From Dehalococcoidia bacterium (GTDB taxonomy: Bacteria; Chloroflexota; Dehalococcoidia; SM23-28-2; HRBIN24), in contig JAVVHA010000012.1 in the NCBI GenBank assembly GCA_032249735.1, positions 6,346-70,345 on the forward strand: a stretch of 64,000 bases of DNA, written 5' to 3'. A program made the translations under genes and the position numbers. Shown piece by piece: positions 38,448-48,170 of the stretch. How positions within the stretch are numbered: position 1 is the first letter of the stretch; each line of letters starts with the position of its first letter. Below the pieces are notes generated by a model, which did not search any database, was not told where the DNA came from, and was given only the letters and a program-made list of their open reading frames with translations.

Positions 38448-40148
38448 TCACATGCGGTCAGGGGCGGACATGCCCATAAGGCGGAGAGTGCGGGCCAGCA
38501 CCACCTTGGCCGCCTTCACCAGCTTGAGGCGCGCCAGGGACAAGGCTACATCCTCCGAGACCACGCGGCACCGCTCGTAGAAATCGTGGAAGGCCGTGGC
38601 CAGGTCCAGGGCATAGTAGGGCAGGACATGGGGCTCCAGCTTGCGAGCCACGTATTCCACCGTCTCCGGCAGGCGCACCAGCTGCCGGATGAGGGCCAGC
38701 TCCGCCTCCTCCCTCAACAGGCCCACATCGCCGTGGGAGCCGTCCAGGCCTCGCTCAGCGGCATGGGCCAGAATGCCAGCCATACGGGCATGGGCATATT
38801 GCACATAGTATACGGGGTTATCCATCGATTGCCTCTTGGCCAGCTCCAGATCGAATTCCACGTGGGACTGGGGGGCGCGGGAGAGGAAGAAGAACCGCGC
38901 AGCATCGGCCCCCACCTCCTCCACCACCTCCCGCAGGGTGATGACCTCCCCGGCACGCTTGGACACCCGCACCTCTTGTCCGCCGCGCTTCAGGGTCACC
39001 AGCTGATGGATGATAATGATAAGGCGGTCGGGGTCGATGCCCAGGGCGGCCACCGCCGCCTTCATGCGGGGCACGTGCCCCTGGTGGTCTGCCCCCCAGA
39101 CGTCCACCACCCGCTTAAACCCCCGCTCCAAGAACTTGTGGTAGTGATAGGCGATGTCGGAGGCGAAGTAGGTGGGCTTGCCGTTGGAGCGTACCAAAAC
39201 GTTGTCCTTGTCCTCCCCCAGGGCAGAGGAGACGAACCAGATGGCGCCCTCCTTCTCGGCCACAAATCCCTGCTGGCGTAGTATCTCCATGGCCTTCTGA
39301 AAGGTCTCCGGGTAGAGGCTGCGCTCGCTGAACCAGGAGTCGTACTCCACGCCCATGAGGGCCAGGTCGTCACGGATGCGAGCCAGCATCTTCCGGATGC
39401 CTATCTCGTGAATCTCTGGGGGGTAGGGCCCCTCGGCGCCCAGAAAGCGGTCGCCCCACTCCTGCCTTATCTCCTCAGCCAACTCCCAGACGTAGGAGGC
39501 GGTGTAGGCACCCGGAGGCACCTCCACCTCCTCCCCGAAGAGCTGACGGTAACGGGCGTAGAGGGTGGTGGCGAAGCTCTCCGTCTGGGTGCCGGCATCG
39601 TTGATATAGTACTCCTTCTCCACTTGGTAGCCGGCGGTCGCCAGCACGCGAGCCAGGGCATCACCGATGGCCAGGCCACGGCCTGCGCCCACCGTCAAGG
39701 GGCCCGTAGGGTTGGCGGAGACGAACTCCACCTGCACCTTCTCCCCACACCCCATGGCCACGGACCCGAATCCCTCCCCCTCGGCCAATATCTGATCCAC
39801 CTGGGAGGCCAGCCATTCAGGGGCCAGGGAGAAGTTGATGAACCCAGGGGGGGCCACCTCCACCATCCCTACCATGGTGCTGGGAGGCAAGTGTTCGGCG
39901 ATGACTTGGGCCACCTCCATGGGGGGCATGCGCACTGCCCGCGCCAGACGCAGGGCTATGTTGGAAGCGTAGTCGCCGTGCTCCTGGCGCTGGGGACGCT
40001 CCACTGTGGCCTGGGGGAGGGCCACTGGCGGTATGCGCCCCACCTCCTGGGCCCGCCGCACCGCCTCCTGCACCAAGGACTCGATCTCCCACCTGACCAC
40101 GAGGGACATCGCTCCATCAATTTTAAGGCGGCCAAGCCCATATGGCAT
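38448..40148 (-). CDS. argS: Arginine--tRNA ligase
   Basis: Class I aaRS HIGH-type region and a DALR anticodon-binding domain, at full length. Confidence 0.9.
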   Translation of the reverse strand: MPYGLGRLKIDGAMSLVVRWEIESLVQEAVRRAQEVGRIPPVALPQATVERPQRQEHGDYASNIALRLARAVRMPPMEVAQVIAEHLPPSTMVGMVEVAPPGFINFSLAPEWLASQVDQILAEGEGFGSVAMGCGEKVQVEFVSANPTGPLTVGAGRGLAIGDALARVLATAGYQVEKEYYINDAGTQTESFATTLYARYRQLFGEEVEVPPGAYTASYVWELAEEIRQEWGDRFLGAEGPYPPEIHEIGIRKMLARIRDDLALMGVEYDSWFSERSLYPETFQKAMEILRQQGFVAEKEGAIWFVSSALGEDKDNVLVRSNGKPTYFASDIAYHYHKFLERGFKRVVDVWGADHQGHVPRMKAAVAALGIDPDRLIIIIHQLVTLKRGGQEVRVSKRAGEVITLREVVEEVGADAARFFFLSRAPQSHVEFDLELAKRQSMDNPVYYVQYAHARMAGILAHAAERGLDGSHGDVGLLREEAELALIRQLVRLPETVEYVARKLEPHVLPYYALDLATAFHDFYERCRVVSEDVALSLARLKLVKAAKVVLARTLRLMGMSAPDRM

Positions 40149-40152
40149 CCGT

Positions 40153-42645
40153 TTAGCTTACCTCGGCCGTCACCCGCTCCTGCAGGGCCCGCAGCCGCTG
40201 GGCCAACACCTGATGCTGGGGGGCCTTGAGCTCCGGATCCTCCTCCAGGATGCGCCACGCCTCCTGCCTGGCCAGCTCGATGAGCTCGACATCGGTGATG
40301 TTGGCCACTTTCAGGTCTGGGAAGCCCGACTGGCGCACCCCGAAGTACTCGCCGGGCCCGCGCAGGCGCAGGTCCTCCTCCGCCAGCCGGAAGCCATCGT
40401 GCACCGTCTCCACGATGCGCAGCCGCTCCTGCGCCTCCTCGGAGGGGTTCTCGGAGAGAAGGAGGCAATAGGGCTGATAGTGGGACCGGCGAACGCGCCC
40501 CCGTAGCTGATGGAGCTGGGCTAGCCCGAACCGGTCGGCCCCCTCGATGAGGATGACGGTGGCGTTGGGCACGTCCACCCCTACCTCCACCACGGTGGTA
40601 GTCACCAGGATGTCCAGCTCACCGTCCCGGAAGCGGCGCATAGCCTCGTCCCGTTCCCTGGCCGACATACGCCCGTGCATGAGGCCAAGGCGTAGGTCGG
40701 GGAAGACGTCCCGGGACAGCCGCTCGTACTCTGCCTCTGCTGCCCGTGCCGCCACCACCTCCGACTCCTCGATGAGAGGACACACGATATAGGCTTGTCG
40801 CCCCTGGCCCACCTGGCGGCGGATGAAGTCGTAGGCCAGGTGCCGCTGATGGGGGCGCAGGACGTAGGTCTTGACGGGGGGCCGCCCGGGGGGCATCTCG
40901 TCCAGGACAGTAACGTCCAAATCGCCATATATGGTGAGGGCCAGGGTGCGGGGGATGGGGGTGGCGGTCATGACCAGGACGTGGGGCGCCCGCCCCTTCT
41001 CCCTCAAGGCGGCCCGTTGCACCACTCCGAACCGGTGCTGCTCATCGATGACAGCTATGCCCAGTCGAGGGAACCGCACCCCCTCCTGGATGAGGGCATG
41101 GGTGCCCACCACTATGTCCACCTCGCCATGGGCGATGGCCCTCTGCACCGCCGCCTTCTCCGCGGGGCGTAGGCTGCCCATGAGAAGGGCCATGCGCAGA
41201 GGGCGCCCCAGGAAGGGAGGTTCCATCACCACATAGCCCGGCCCCTCCAGGGAGAACCAGGGCCCCTCCCCTGCCTGGTCCCCTAGGAGGCGGCGCAGGG
41301 TGCGGAAATGCTGTTCAGCCAGGATCTCCGTGGGGGCCATGATGGCCCCCTGCCAGCCCGACCAGGCGGCAGCCAGGAGGGCGGTGGCCGCCACCACCGT
41401 CTTGCCGCTGCCCACATCCCCCTCCAAGAGGCGGCTCATGGGCACATCCCGCGAAAGGTCCTGCAGCACCTGGGCTATGGCCCGCCGCTGCGCGCCAGTG
41501 AGGGTGAAGGGGAGGGACGCTATAAACCCTTCCAATACCTCTTGAGGCAGGACCAGGGCAGGGGCCTTGGCTCCCTCCTGCCATGCCTTCTTACGCCTCA
41601 CCACCCCTAGCTCGATGACCAGCAGCTCCTCCAGGGCAAAGCGGCGGCGGGCCCTTTGGGCCATCTCCCGCGTATCGGGGAAGTGGATCTGGCGCAGGGC
41701 TTCGGCCACCGGCGGCAGGCCCAAGCGCTGACGCAGCTCGGGGGGCAAGGCCTCGGGCATCTGGTGGGCAGAGAGCTCCAGGGCCTGCCACACCAGCCGG
41801 CGCAACAGCCGCTGGGGCAGACCCTCGGTGCTGGGGTAAACAGGCACCAGGCGACGGGTGTTGAGAGACTCGGCGTCCAGGGGCTCCCACTCCGGGTTCT
41901 CCATCTGGCGCCGTCCACGGAAGACGGACACCCGGCCGGAGAAGGCCACCCGCATGCCCGTCCGCAGCTGGCGGGCCACGTGTGTCTGGCCCCACCAGAT
42001 GAGCCGCATGGTCCCTGTCTCGTCCCCCACGATGGCCTCGGTGGCCTTGCGTCGGCCTATGGCGGTCTCGCCGGCGCTCCAAACAGTAGCGATGACCGTC
42101 TGCTCCTCCCCCGTCACCAGCTGGCTTATGGGACGCACAGCCGCATAGTCATGGTAGCGGTGAGGGAAGTGGTAGAGGAGGTCGCCCACCGTTACGATGC
42201 CCAGCCGCCCCAGCTTGTGCGCATGGCCCCTGTTCACCCCGCGCAGCTGTGTCACAGGCGACGATGGGACGACGGCCCTGGCTTCCTCACGTTGGCGGCG
42301 GTGACGTTGCGGCTGAGGGGAACGGAGTGCTTGCAGGAGGGCCTCCACCACCCTGCGCCTCTGAATGGGGTGTAAGGCCGCGTAGCCGCCGGGGGGTAGG
42401 GAGCCCACCACCTGTAACAGCCGGTGGCCATCGGGCAGGGGGTTCTGCAGGAGAAAACGGCGCAGATAGGCGTCCAGGCCGCCCACCACGGCGGTATCCA
42501 AAAACCCCTTGGCCTTCTCCAGCTCCAGGACCCGCCGCAGCTGACCTATGGCCTCTTGCAAGGCCCTACTCTTCCCCCTCCAGACAGCCCACCCCGATGA
42601 CACCAGGGCCGGCATGAGTCCCCACCACAGGGCCGATGCGGACAA
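40153..42645 (-). CDS. recG: ATP-dependent DNA helicase RecG
   Basis: Wedge domain, helicase motifs (GDVGSGKT, DEQHRFG), and a TRG motif. The N-terminal roughly 80 nt overlap the degV 3' end, so the true start is probably downstream of 42645. Confidence 0.9.
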   Translation of the reverse strand: MSASALWWGLMPALVSSGWAVWRGKSRALQEAIGQLRRVLELEKAKGFLDTAVVGGLDAYLRRFLLQNPLPDGHRLLQVVGSLPPGGYAALHPIQRRRVVEALLQALRSPQPQRHRRQREEARAVVPSSPVTQLRGVNRGHAHKLGRLGIVTVGDLLYHFPHRYHDYAAVRPISQLVTGEEQTVIATVWSAGETAIGRRKATEAIVGDETGTMRLIWWGQTHVARQLRTGMRVAFSGRVSVFRGRRQMENPEWEPLDAESLNTRRLVPVYPSTEGLPQRLLRRLVWQALELSAHQMPEALPPELRQRLGLPPVAEALRQIHFPDTREMAQRARRRFALEELLVIELGVVRRKKAWQEGAKAPALVLPQEVLEGFIASLPFTLTGAQRRAIAQVLQDLSRDVPMSRLLEGDVGSGKTVVAATALLAAAWSGWQGAIMAPTEILAEQHFRTLRRLLGDQAGEGPWFSLEGPGYVVMEPPFLGRPLRMALLMGSLRPAEKAAVQRAIAHGEVDIVVGTHALIQEGVRFPRLGIAVIDEQHRFGVVQRAALREKGRAPHVLVMTATPIPRTLALTIYGDLDVTVLDEMPPGRPPVKTYVLRPHQRHLAYDFIRRQVGQGRQAYIVCPLIEESEVVAARAAEAEYERLSRDVFPDLRLGLMHGRMSARERDEAMRRFRDGELDILVTTTVVEVGVDVPNATVILIEGADRFGLAQLHQLRGRVRRSHYQPYCLLLSENPSEEAQERLRIVETVHDGFRLAEEDLRLRGPGEYFGVRQSGFPDLKVANITDVELIELARQEAWRILEEDPELKAPQHQVLAQRLRALQERVTAEVS

Positions 42646-43411
42646 GGTATGTGCGGGCGTGGGGCACGGCAGCCCGCATCCGCTCTAGCAAGGCCTCCGC
42701 CTCCTCCCGCTCTGTGGAGTAGCCCACCCCCATCTCCTGGATACGGGGCGAGGCCAAGATGAGTTGCAGCATGCGCTCCAAGGCCTGGGAGCGCGTCCGC
42801 ACCCTGGCCTCGGGGTGTAGCTCCCCATCCCGCACGCTCAGGATGGGCTTCACCTGCAACAGGGCCCCTAGAAGGGCCCTGGCCCTGCCGATGCGCCCGC
42901 CACGCCTGAGGTACTCCAAGGTGTCCAGCATGACCAAGATGCGTACCCGCTCCACGCACCGGCGGGCGATGGCCACCACCTGCTCCAGCCCTGCCCCCGC
43001 CTGCGCTGCCCGCGCCGCTGCCAACACGATGAAACCCATGCCCATGGAGACGTTGAGGGAGTCCACCACCTCGATGCGTGCCCCCTTCGCCTGCAGGGCA
43101 GCCGCCGCCTGGCAGGCGTTATTGTAGGTGGCCGATAGCTTGGAAGAGATGTGGATGGATACCACCTCATCCGTCTCCCTCAGGACCTCCTCATAGGCGC
43201 GGAGGAAATCCCCCACCGAGGGCGCAGAGGTGGTGGGCAGCTCCCTGCCCTCCTTCAGCAGCCGGTAGAAGGTGTCGTGGTCCATGTCCACCCCCTCGCG
43301 ATAGGCACGGTCGCCGAAGATGACGCTCAGAGGCACCACGGTGATCCCCAGCTCCTGTGCCAGCTCGCGGGGAATGTCGGCTGTGCTGTCCGTGACCACC
43401 TTGACCGCCAA
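42566..43411 (-). CDS. DegV family fatty-acid-binding protein
   Basis: KVVTDSTADIP, followed by the EDD-fold motifs. Confidence 0.85.
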   Translation of the reverse strand: MAVKVVTDSTADIPRELAQELGITVVPLSVIFGDRAYREGVDMDHDTFYRLLKEGRELPTTSAPSVGDFLRAYEEVLRETDEVVSIHISSKLSATYNNACQAAAALQAKGARIEVVDSLNVSMGMGFIVLAAARAAQAGAGLEQVVAIARRCVERVRILVMLDTLEYLRRGGRIGRARALLGALLQVKPILSVRDGELHPEARVRTRSQALERMLQLILASPRIQEMGVGYSTEREEAEALLERMRAAVPHARTYLVRIGPVVGTHAGPGVIGVGCLEGEE

Positions 43412-43497
43412 GGCACACCCCCTACAGAAGGCACCGGTGGCCTAATGGCCTTGTGGCCAGTATATCACGCCCTTCCTGGGGGCCACCAAGGGGGTGC

Positions 43498-44448
43498 TTA
43501 CCACCATACCTTCCCCTCCACCTCCTCCGGCTGCAGGGCCTCCTGCCCTTTGGTCCAGAGGCCGGTGGAGAGGTACTTCCAGCCGCCGTCAGCGAACAAG
43601 CAGACGATATTGCCCCGTTGCAGCCTCTCCGCCACCCGCAGGGCGGTGCGCAGGACGGCACCGGAGGAGATGCCGGCAAATATCCCCTCCCGGTCCATCA
43701 GCTCCTTGGTCATGGCAAAGGAAGTGCGGGAGTCCACCACGATGCGTCCGTCCAGCACCGACTCGTCCAACACTGGCGGGATAAACCCTTCCTCCAGGCT
43801 GCGCAGCCCCTGCACGAGGTCGCCAGGATGGGGCACGGTGGCGATGACCTTCACCTTAGGGTTGTGCTCCTTGAGCCGCCGCCCCACACCCGTGAGGGTG
43901 CCGCCGGTCCCCAGCCCCGCCACAAACACGTCCACCTCCGGCAGGTCGCGGATGATCTCCACGGCGGTGGTCTCGTAATGGGCGCGGGGGTTGTTGGGGT
44001 TGCCGTATTGGTAGGGCATGTAGTAGCGCTGGGGGTCCTCCTCCACCATGCGCTGGGCAAGGGCGATGGCGTCGTTGGTGGAGCGGGCCCCCCGGGCATA
44101 CACCACCTCGGCGCCGAAGGAGCGGATGAGCTGTTCCCTCTCAGGGGTCACGTTATCGGGCAGGACGCACACCACCCGATAGCCCTTGACGCGGCCCACC
44201 ATGGCCAGGCTTATGCCCGTATTGCCACTGGTGGGCTCCAGAATGATCTTCTCCGGCGTCAGCGCGCCCGACTCCTCGGCAGCCCGGATCATGTAGAGAG
44301 CGATGCGGTCCTTAAGGCTGCCGCTGGGGTTCTGCCCCTCCAACTTGGCGAAGATGCGCACCCCAGGCTTGGGCTGGAACCGCCGCAGCTCCACCAGGGG
44401 AGTGTTACCGATGCACTCCAAGATGTTGGCATAGACCCTCCCCCCCAT
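43498..44448 (-). CDS. cysM: Cysteine synthase B-type PLP enzyme (CysM-like sulfhydrylase)
   Basis: IGNTPLVEL, SGSLKDR (PLP Lys), and TSGNTGISLA. The ATG at 44448 is preferred. The longer ORF-track start at 44496 would overlap the CysO-like stop. Confidence 0.85.
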   Translation of the reverse strand: MGGRVYANILECIGNTPLVELRRFQPKPGVRIFAKLEGQNPSGSLKDRIALYMIRAAEESGALTPEKIILEPTSGNTGISLAMVGRVKGYRVVCVLPDNVTPEREQLIRSFGAEVVYARGARSTNDAIALAQRMVEEDPQRYYMPYQYGNPNNPRAHYETTAVEIIRDLPEVDVFVAGLGTGGTLTGVGRRLKEHNPKVKVIATVPHPGDLVQGLRSLEEGFIPPVLDESVLDGRIVVDSRTSFAMTKELMDREGIFAGISSGAVLRTALRVAERLQRGNIVCLFADGGWKYLSTGLWTKGQEALQPEEVEGKVWW

Positions 44449-44482
44449 GGCCCGCCTCTTCCCGCTTACGGGCTGCGGCCTC

Positions 44483-44767
44483 TTAACCCCCAACATCTCC
44501 TCCTGCCAGGGCAGGGAGGATGGAGATCACGTCCCCATCCTGCACCGGCGTGTCCAGCTGCTGGAGAAAACGCACGTCTTCATCATTGAGATAGATGTTC
44601 ACGAACCGGTGCAGGCGGCCATTGTCCAAGACGCTGGCCTTGATGCCGGGGAACATCTCGTCCAGGCGGTCCAAGACCTCGCCGATGGTGGCTCCCTCCA
44701 CCTGCACGGAGCGCCTTCCCCCGGCCAGCCTTTGCAGGTTCGCCGTGAGCCTCACCTCTATCGCCAT
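44483..44767 (-). CDS. CysO/MoaD/ThiS-type sulfur-carrier protein with a C-terminal GG followed by a 4-residue extension (…ILPALAGG-DVGG)
   Basis: 94 aa. A beta-grasp pattern like M. tuberculosis CysO (RLAGG..., FVNIYLNDEDVRFLQ, ILPALAGG). The ATG at 44767 has a GGGG RBS. Confidence 0.8.
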   Translation of the reverse strand: MAIEVRLTANLQRLAGGRRSVQVEGATIGEVLDRLDEMFPGIKASVLDNGRLHRFVNIYLNDEDVRFLQQLDTPVQDGDVISILPALAGGDVGG

Positions 44768-44814
44768 TGCCAGCCCCTTTCCATTATATTGCGCAGTCCT
44801 TTCTGCGCATATCT

Positions 44815-45903
44815 TCACTCGTGCCTCCCTGGGAAGGGGGCACCGCAAAAGCCTTCGTAATCGATGAGCTGAGTGATGGTGGGCTCATCGCCACACAGGG
44901 GGCATGCGGGATCCCGCCGCAGCTTGACTACCCGGAACTCGCCCGCCAGGGCATCGTAGAGGAGGAGGCGCCCCACCATGGGCTCGCCGATGCCCAGGAT
45001 GAGCTTTATGGTCTCCACCGCCTGTAGGGAGCCGATGACACCTGTGAGGGCGCCCAGGACGCCCGCCTCAGCACAGCTGGGCACCGCCCCTGGCGGGGGA
45101 GGTGAGGGGAAGAGGCAACGGTAGCAGCCCCGGCCGGGCATGAACACCGTCATCTGGGCGTCGAACATGAGGATGGAGGCGTCCACCAGGGGCTTGCCGG
45201 CGAAGTAACAGGCATCGTTGACCAGGTAGCGGGTGGTGAAGTTGTCGGCCCCGTTCACCACCACGTCATACTGGGGGATGATGTCCATGGCGTTGTCGGA
45301 GGTGAGGGGGCCATCGTGGATGACCACGTTGACGTCCGGATTGTAGGAGAGGATGGTCTCCCTGGCCGACTCCGTCTTGGGGCGCCCTACGTCGTCGTTC
45401 TGATGGAGGATCTGGCGCTGGAGGTTGGAGAGGTCCACCACATCGAAGTCCACGATGCCGATGGTGCCCACGCCGGCCAGGGCCAAGTAGAGGGCGGCGG
45501 GGGAGCCCAGGCCTCCCGCTCCTACCACCAGCACCTTAGCCGCCAGGAGCTTGCGCTGGCCCACCGGGCCCACCTGGGGCATGATGATGTGGCGCGAGTA
45601 GCGCAGCACCTGCTCTGGGGTCAGCACCTGGCCACCGGCGATGGCCGGGATGATGGCCACCTCGTCGCCGTCCTGCACCGGTGTCTCCGGCCCCTGCAGG
45701 GTGTGGATCTCTTGATTGTTGAGGTAGACGTTGATGTGGGCGGGGATATGCCGCTGCTGGTCGAAGATCATGTTGGCCAGGGCGGGGAAGTGACGTGCCA
45801 GGTCCTCTAGGATCTCCCGCACCGTCCTGCCTTGGGCCTGCACATAGACCTGGTTGCCCGTAAGCCTTCGGAAGGGCGTCGGTATGTAGACGGTCACGCT
45901 CAC
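44815..45903 (-). CDS. E1-like adenylyltransferase (MoeB/ThiF/MoeZ family) with an N-terminal fused CysO-like beta-grasp domain; no rhodanese domain
   Basis: The N-terminal 91 aa (VTVYIPTPFRRLTGNQ...VAIIPAIAGG) are a CysO paralogue, followed directly by the E1 Rossmann fold (VLVVGAGGLGSPAALYLALAGVG, crossover-loop Cys in SCAEAGVLG) and a C-terminal CPLCG Zn motif. A GTG start with an AGGAGGAGG RBS. Confidence 0.85.
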   Translation of the reverse strand: MSVTVYIPTPFRRLTGNQVYVQAQGRTVREILEDLARHFPALANMIFDQQRHIPAHINVYLNNQEIHTLQGPETPVQDGDEVAIIPAIAGGQVLTPEQVLRYSRHIIMPQVGPVGQRKLLAAKVLVVGAGGLGSPAALYLALAGVGTIGIVDFDVVDLSNLQRQILHQNDDVGRPKTESARETILSYNPDVNVVIHDGPLTSDNAMDIIPQYDVVVNGADNFTTRYLVNDACYFAGKPLVDASILMFDAQMTVFMPGRGCYRCLFPSPPPPGAVPSCAEAGVLGALTGVIGSLQAVETIKLILGIGEPMVGRLLLYDALAGEFRVVKLRRDPACPLCGDEPTITQLIDYEGFCGAPFPGRHE

Positions 45904-45918
45904 GCTTTTCCTCCTCCT

Positions 45919-46839
45919 TTACTCCAAGAAGCTGTAACGCTCGCCGGTGTCCGGCAGGATGGTCACCACCCGCTTGCCCCGGCCCATCCGCTTGGCCACT
46001 TTGATGGCTGCCACCACATTGGCCCCCGATGATATGCCCACCAGGAGCCCCTCCTCACGGGCCAGACGGCGGGCCATGGCCATGGCCTCTTCGTCCCCCA
46101 CGCCGATGACCTCGTCGATGATGCGCCGGTTGAGGACGCCAGGGACGAAGCTGGCGCCTATGCCCTGGATGGCATGGGGGCCTGGTCTGCCCCCTTGCAA
46201 GACGGGCGAGCGGGAGGGCTCCACTGCCACCACCAAGATGTTGGGGTTGTGCTGCTTTAGGACCTCGCCAACGCCGGTGATGGTGCCGCCCGTGCCCACC
46301 CCAGCCACGAAGGCGTCCAGCCGCCCCTCCGTGGCCTCCAAGATCTCCTGGGCGGTGGTGCGACGGTGGATCTCGGGGTTGGCGGGGTTCTCGAACTGCT
46401 GGGGCATGAAGTAGTCGGGGTTGTTGCGCACCAGCTCCTCAGCGGCGTAGACCGCCCCCGTCATCCCCTCTAGGGCCGGGGTGAGGACCACCTCCGCCCC
46501 GAATCGGGCCAGGAGGTCGCGACGGGCCAGGCTCATGTCTTCGGGCATGGTGACGATGAGGCGGTACCCCTTCACAGCCGCCACCATGGCCAGGCCGATG
46601 CCCGTGTTACCGCTGGTGGGTTCCACGATGGTAGCCCCTGGCTTGAGGATGCCCCGTCGCTCGGCGTCCTCGATCATGGAGAGGGCGATGCGATCCTTGA
46701 CGGAGCCAGCGGGGTTGAGGGACTCCAGCTTAGCCACGATCTCTGCCGCCCCATTGGGCACCACGCGGTTGAGGCGCACCATGGGCGTGTCGCCTATAAG
46801 GTCGAGGACGCTGTCCACGATCCTAGCGCGCCTGGCCAT
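45919..46839 (-). CDS. cysK: Cysteine synthase A (O-acetylserine sulfhydrylase)
   Basis: [26 protein letters not shown], and [10 protein letters not shown]. Confidence 0.9.
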   Translation of the reverse strand: MARRARIVDSVLDLIGDTPMVRLNRVVPNGAAEIVAKLESLNPAGSVKDRIALSMIEDAERRGILKPGATIVEPTSGNTGIGLAMVAAVKGYRLIVTMPEDMSLARRDLLARFGAEVVLTPALEGMTGAVYAAEELVRNNPDYFMPQQFENPANPEIHRRTTAQEILEATEGRLDAFVAGVGTGGTITGVGEVLKQHNPNILVVAVEPSRSPVLQGGRPGPHAIQGIGASFVPGVLNRRIIDEVIGVGDEEAMAMARRLAREEGLLVGISSGANVVAAIKVAKRMGRGKRVVTILPDTGERYSFLE

Positions 46840-46847
46840 GCTCGCCC

Positions 46848-47291
46848 CTAGATAACGTACCTATCGGCCCGCACCGCCCGCTGCCGGTCCTTGGCGGCCA
46901 GCTCGGCTATGGTCACCCGGTCCAGCACTTGCATAATGGCTCGCTGGACCTCCTCCCACATCTCCCGCTGGGCACAGCCGCCGGCGCGGCTGCACTCGGA
47001 GGCCTCCTCCAGACACTCCACCGGTATGAGCTCTCCCTCGAGGGCCCTTATGACGTCGCTCACCCTTATCTCGTTGGGGTGGCGGGCCAGGGCATGCCCC
47101 CCCTGCGGGCCCCGCACGCTGCGCACCAGCCCAGCCCGCCGCAGCATGGCCAAAAGCTGCTCCAGATAAGACTCAGGGATGTTCTGGCGAGCGGCGATCT
47201 CAGCGCTCTGGGTGAGCCGTCCTTCCCCATACCGGTGGGCCAGCTCGATGAGGGCGCGGATGCCGTAGTCCCCCTTGCTCGATATGCGCAT
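46848..47291 (-). CDS. Rrf2-family transcriptional regulator (CymR/IscR-like)
   Basis: [18 protein letters not shown], wHTH, and C-terminal Cys residues (CSRAGGC). The ATG is at 47291. Confidence 0.85.
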   Translation of the reverse strand: MRISSKGDYGIRALIELAHRYGEGRLTQSAEIAARQNIPESYLEQLLAMLRRAGLVRSVRGPQGGHALARHPNEIRVSDVIRALEGELIPVECLEEASECSRAGGCAQREMWEEVQRAIMQVLDRVTIAELAAKDRQRAVRADRYVI

Positions 47292-47363
47292 GCATCCCAC
47301 CAAGAAAGTGGAGTGGTTTCATCAACAATACTAGCATGGGCCATGTGTGGGGGCAAGGGGCCG

Positions 47364-47627
47364 CTAAGGCGCCGGGCGGGTGGGTGGCAGACCTAGGCGA
47401 GCGGCCAGCTCCCCGTTGGTGGGCTCCACTAGATAGTCTCCTTCGGGGAACACCACCACCGGTATGATGAAGCGGCCCCCATTGACCTGAAGGACGTACT
47501 GCCTGGCCTCCTGGTCGGCCTCCACGTCCAGCCAGCGGAAGGGTACGCCCCAGTCGGTGAGGAACTGCTTGGCGCGACGGCAGTCGGGGCACCAGTTGGC
47601 CCCATAGACGTATACGATGCCAGTCAC
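47364..47627 (-). CDS. Glutaredoxin-like small redox protein (CPDC motif)
   Basis: [20 protein letters not shown], a thioredoxin-fold N-terminus. The GTG start overlaps the upstream stop (GTGA). Confidence 0.7.
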   Translation of the reverse strand: MTGIVYVYGANWCPDCRRAKQFLTDWGVPFRWLDVEADQEARQYVLQVNGGRFIIPVVVFPEGDYLVEPTNGELAARLGLPPTRPAP

Positions 47628-47905
47628 GCCCCGCCTCCCGCCACAGCGGGCACGATGCTTACCTCATCACCTGGCTTGAGGACGGTATCCAGACCTTGGA
47701 GGAAGCGCACGTCCTCGCCGTTGACGTATACGTTGACGAAGCGGCGCAACTGGCCCGCCTCGTCCACAAGCCGCTCCTTGAGGCCCGGGAACCGGGCCTC
47801 AAGGGCCTCGATGCAGTCCTTGAGGCGGGAGCCCTCGGCGGTCACCACCTCCTGGCCACCGGTGAGGCGGCGCAAGGGGGCTGGGATGCGTACCTTCACG
47901 CTCAT
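47624..47905 (-). CDS. CysO/MoaD/ThiS-type sulfur-carrier protein, C-terminus …[10 protein letters not shown]
   Basis: [31 protein letters not shown], and IVPAVAGG closely mirror M. tuberculosis CysO. Two extra residues follow the Gly-Gly. Confidence 0.85.
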   Translation of the reverse strand: MSVKVRIPAPLRRLTGGQEVVTAEGSRLKDCIEALEARFPGLKERLVDEAGQLRRFVNVYVNGEDVRFLQGLDTVLKPGDEVSIVPAVAGGGA

Positions 47906-47917
47906 GTTCGCGGCACC

Positions 47918-48160
47918 TCAACCCTCCATGATGTCACCGGGCACGGGGTCCACCCTCACCCCCTGCTCCTCCACCCACCTTATCCCACGCTCGATCTCCT
48001 CCATATCCCCCTCCAGCTCGAGGACGACCCATCCCTGGGTCTCGGTGACGTCGGCGCGGCGGATGTTGGTTACCACGTTGAAGTTCTTACCCAGGCGCCA
48101 AATGATGGGCTCCTGCACTAGCTGAGGGGGGAAGGTGAATTTGACCCGCTGTTTGGCCAC
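47918..48160 (-). CDS. Stand-alone NIL-domain protein (MetN C-terminal-like substrate-binding domain)
   Basis: An 80-aa beta-alpha-beta-beta-alpha-beta pattern (VKFTFPPQLVQEPIIWRLGKNFNVVTNIRRADVTETQGWVVLELEGDMEEIERGIRWVEEQGVRVD). The GTG at 48160 lies 11 nt after the thrC-like stop. The ORF-track TTG at 48223 would overlap upstream. Confidence 0.6.
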   Translation of the reverse strand: MAKQRVKFTFPPQLVQEPIIWRLGKNFNVVTNIRRADVTETQGWVVLELEGDMEEIERGIRWVEEQGVRVDPVPGDIMEG

Positions 48161-48170
48161 GTTACCACCC

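Noticed and set aside
47292-47363. Rrf2 operator palindrome upstream of the regulator gene
   Set aside because: The region is AT-richer (CTAGTATTGTTGATGAAACCAC), but I could not identify a convincing inverted repeat by eye.
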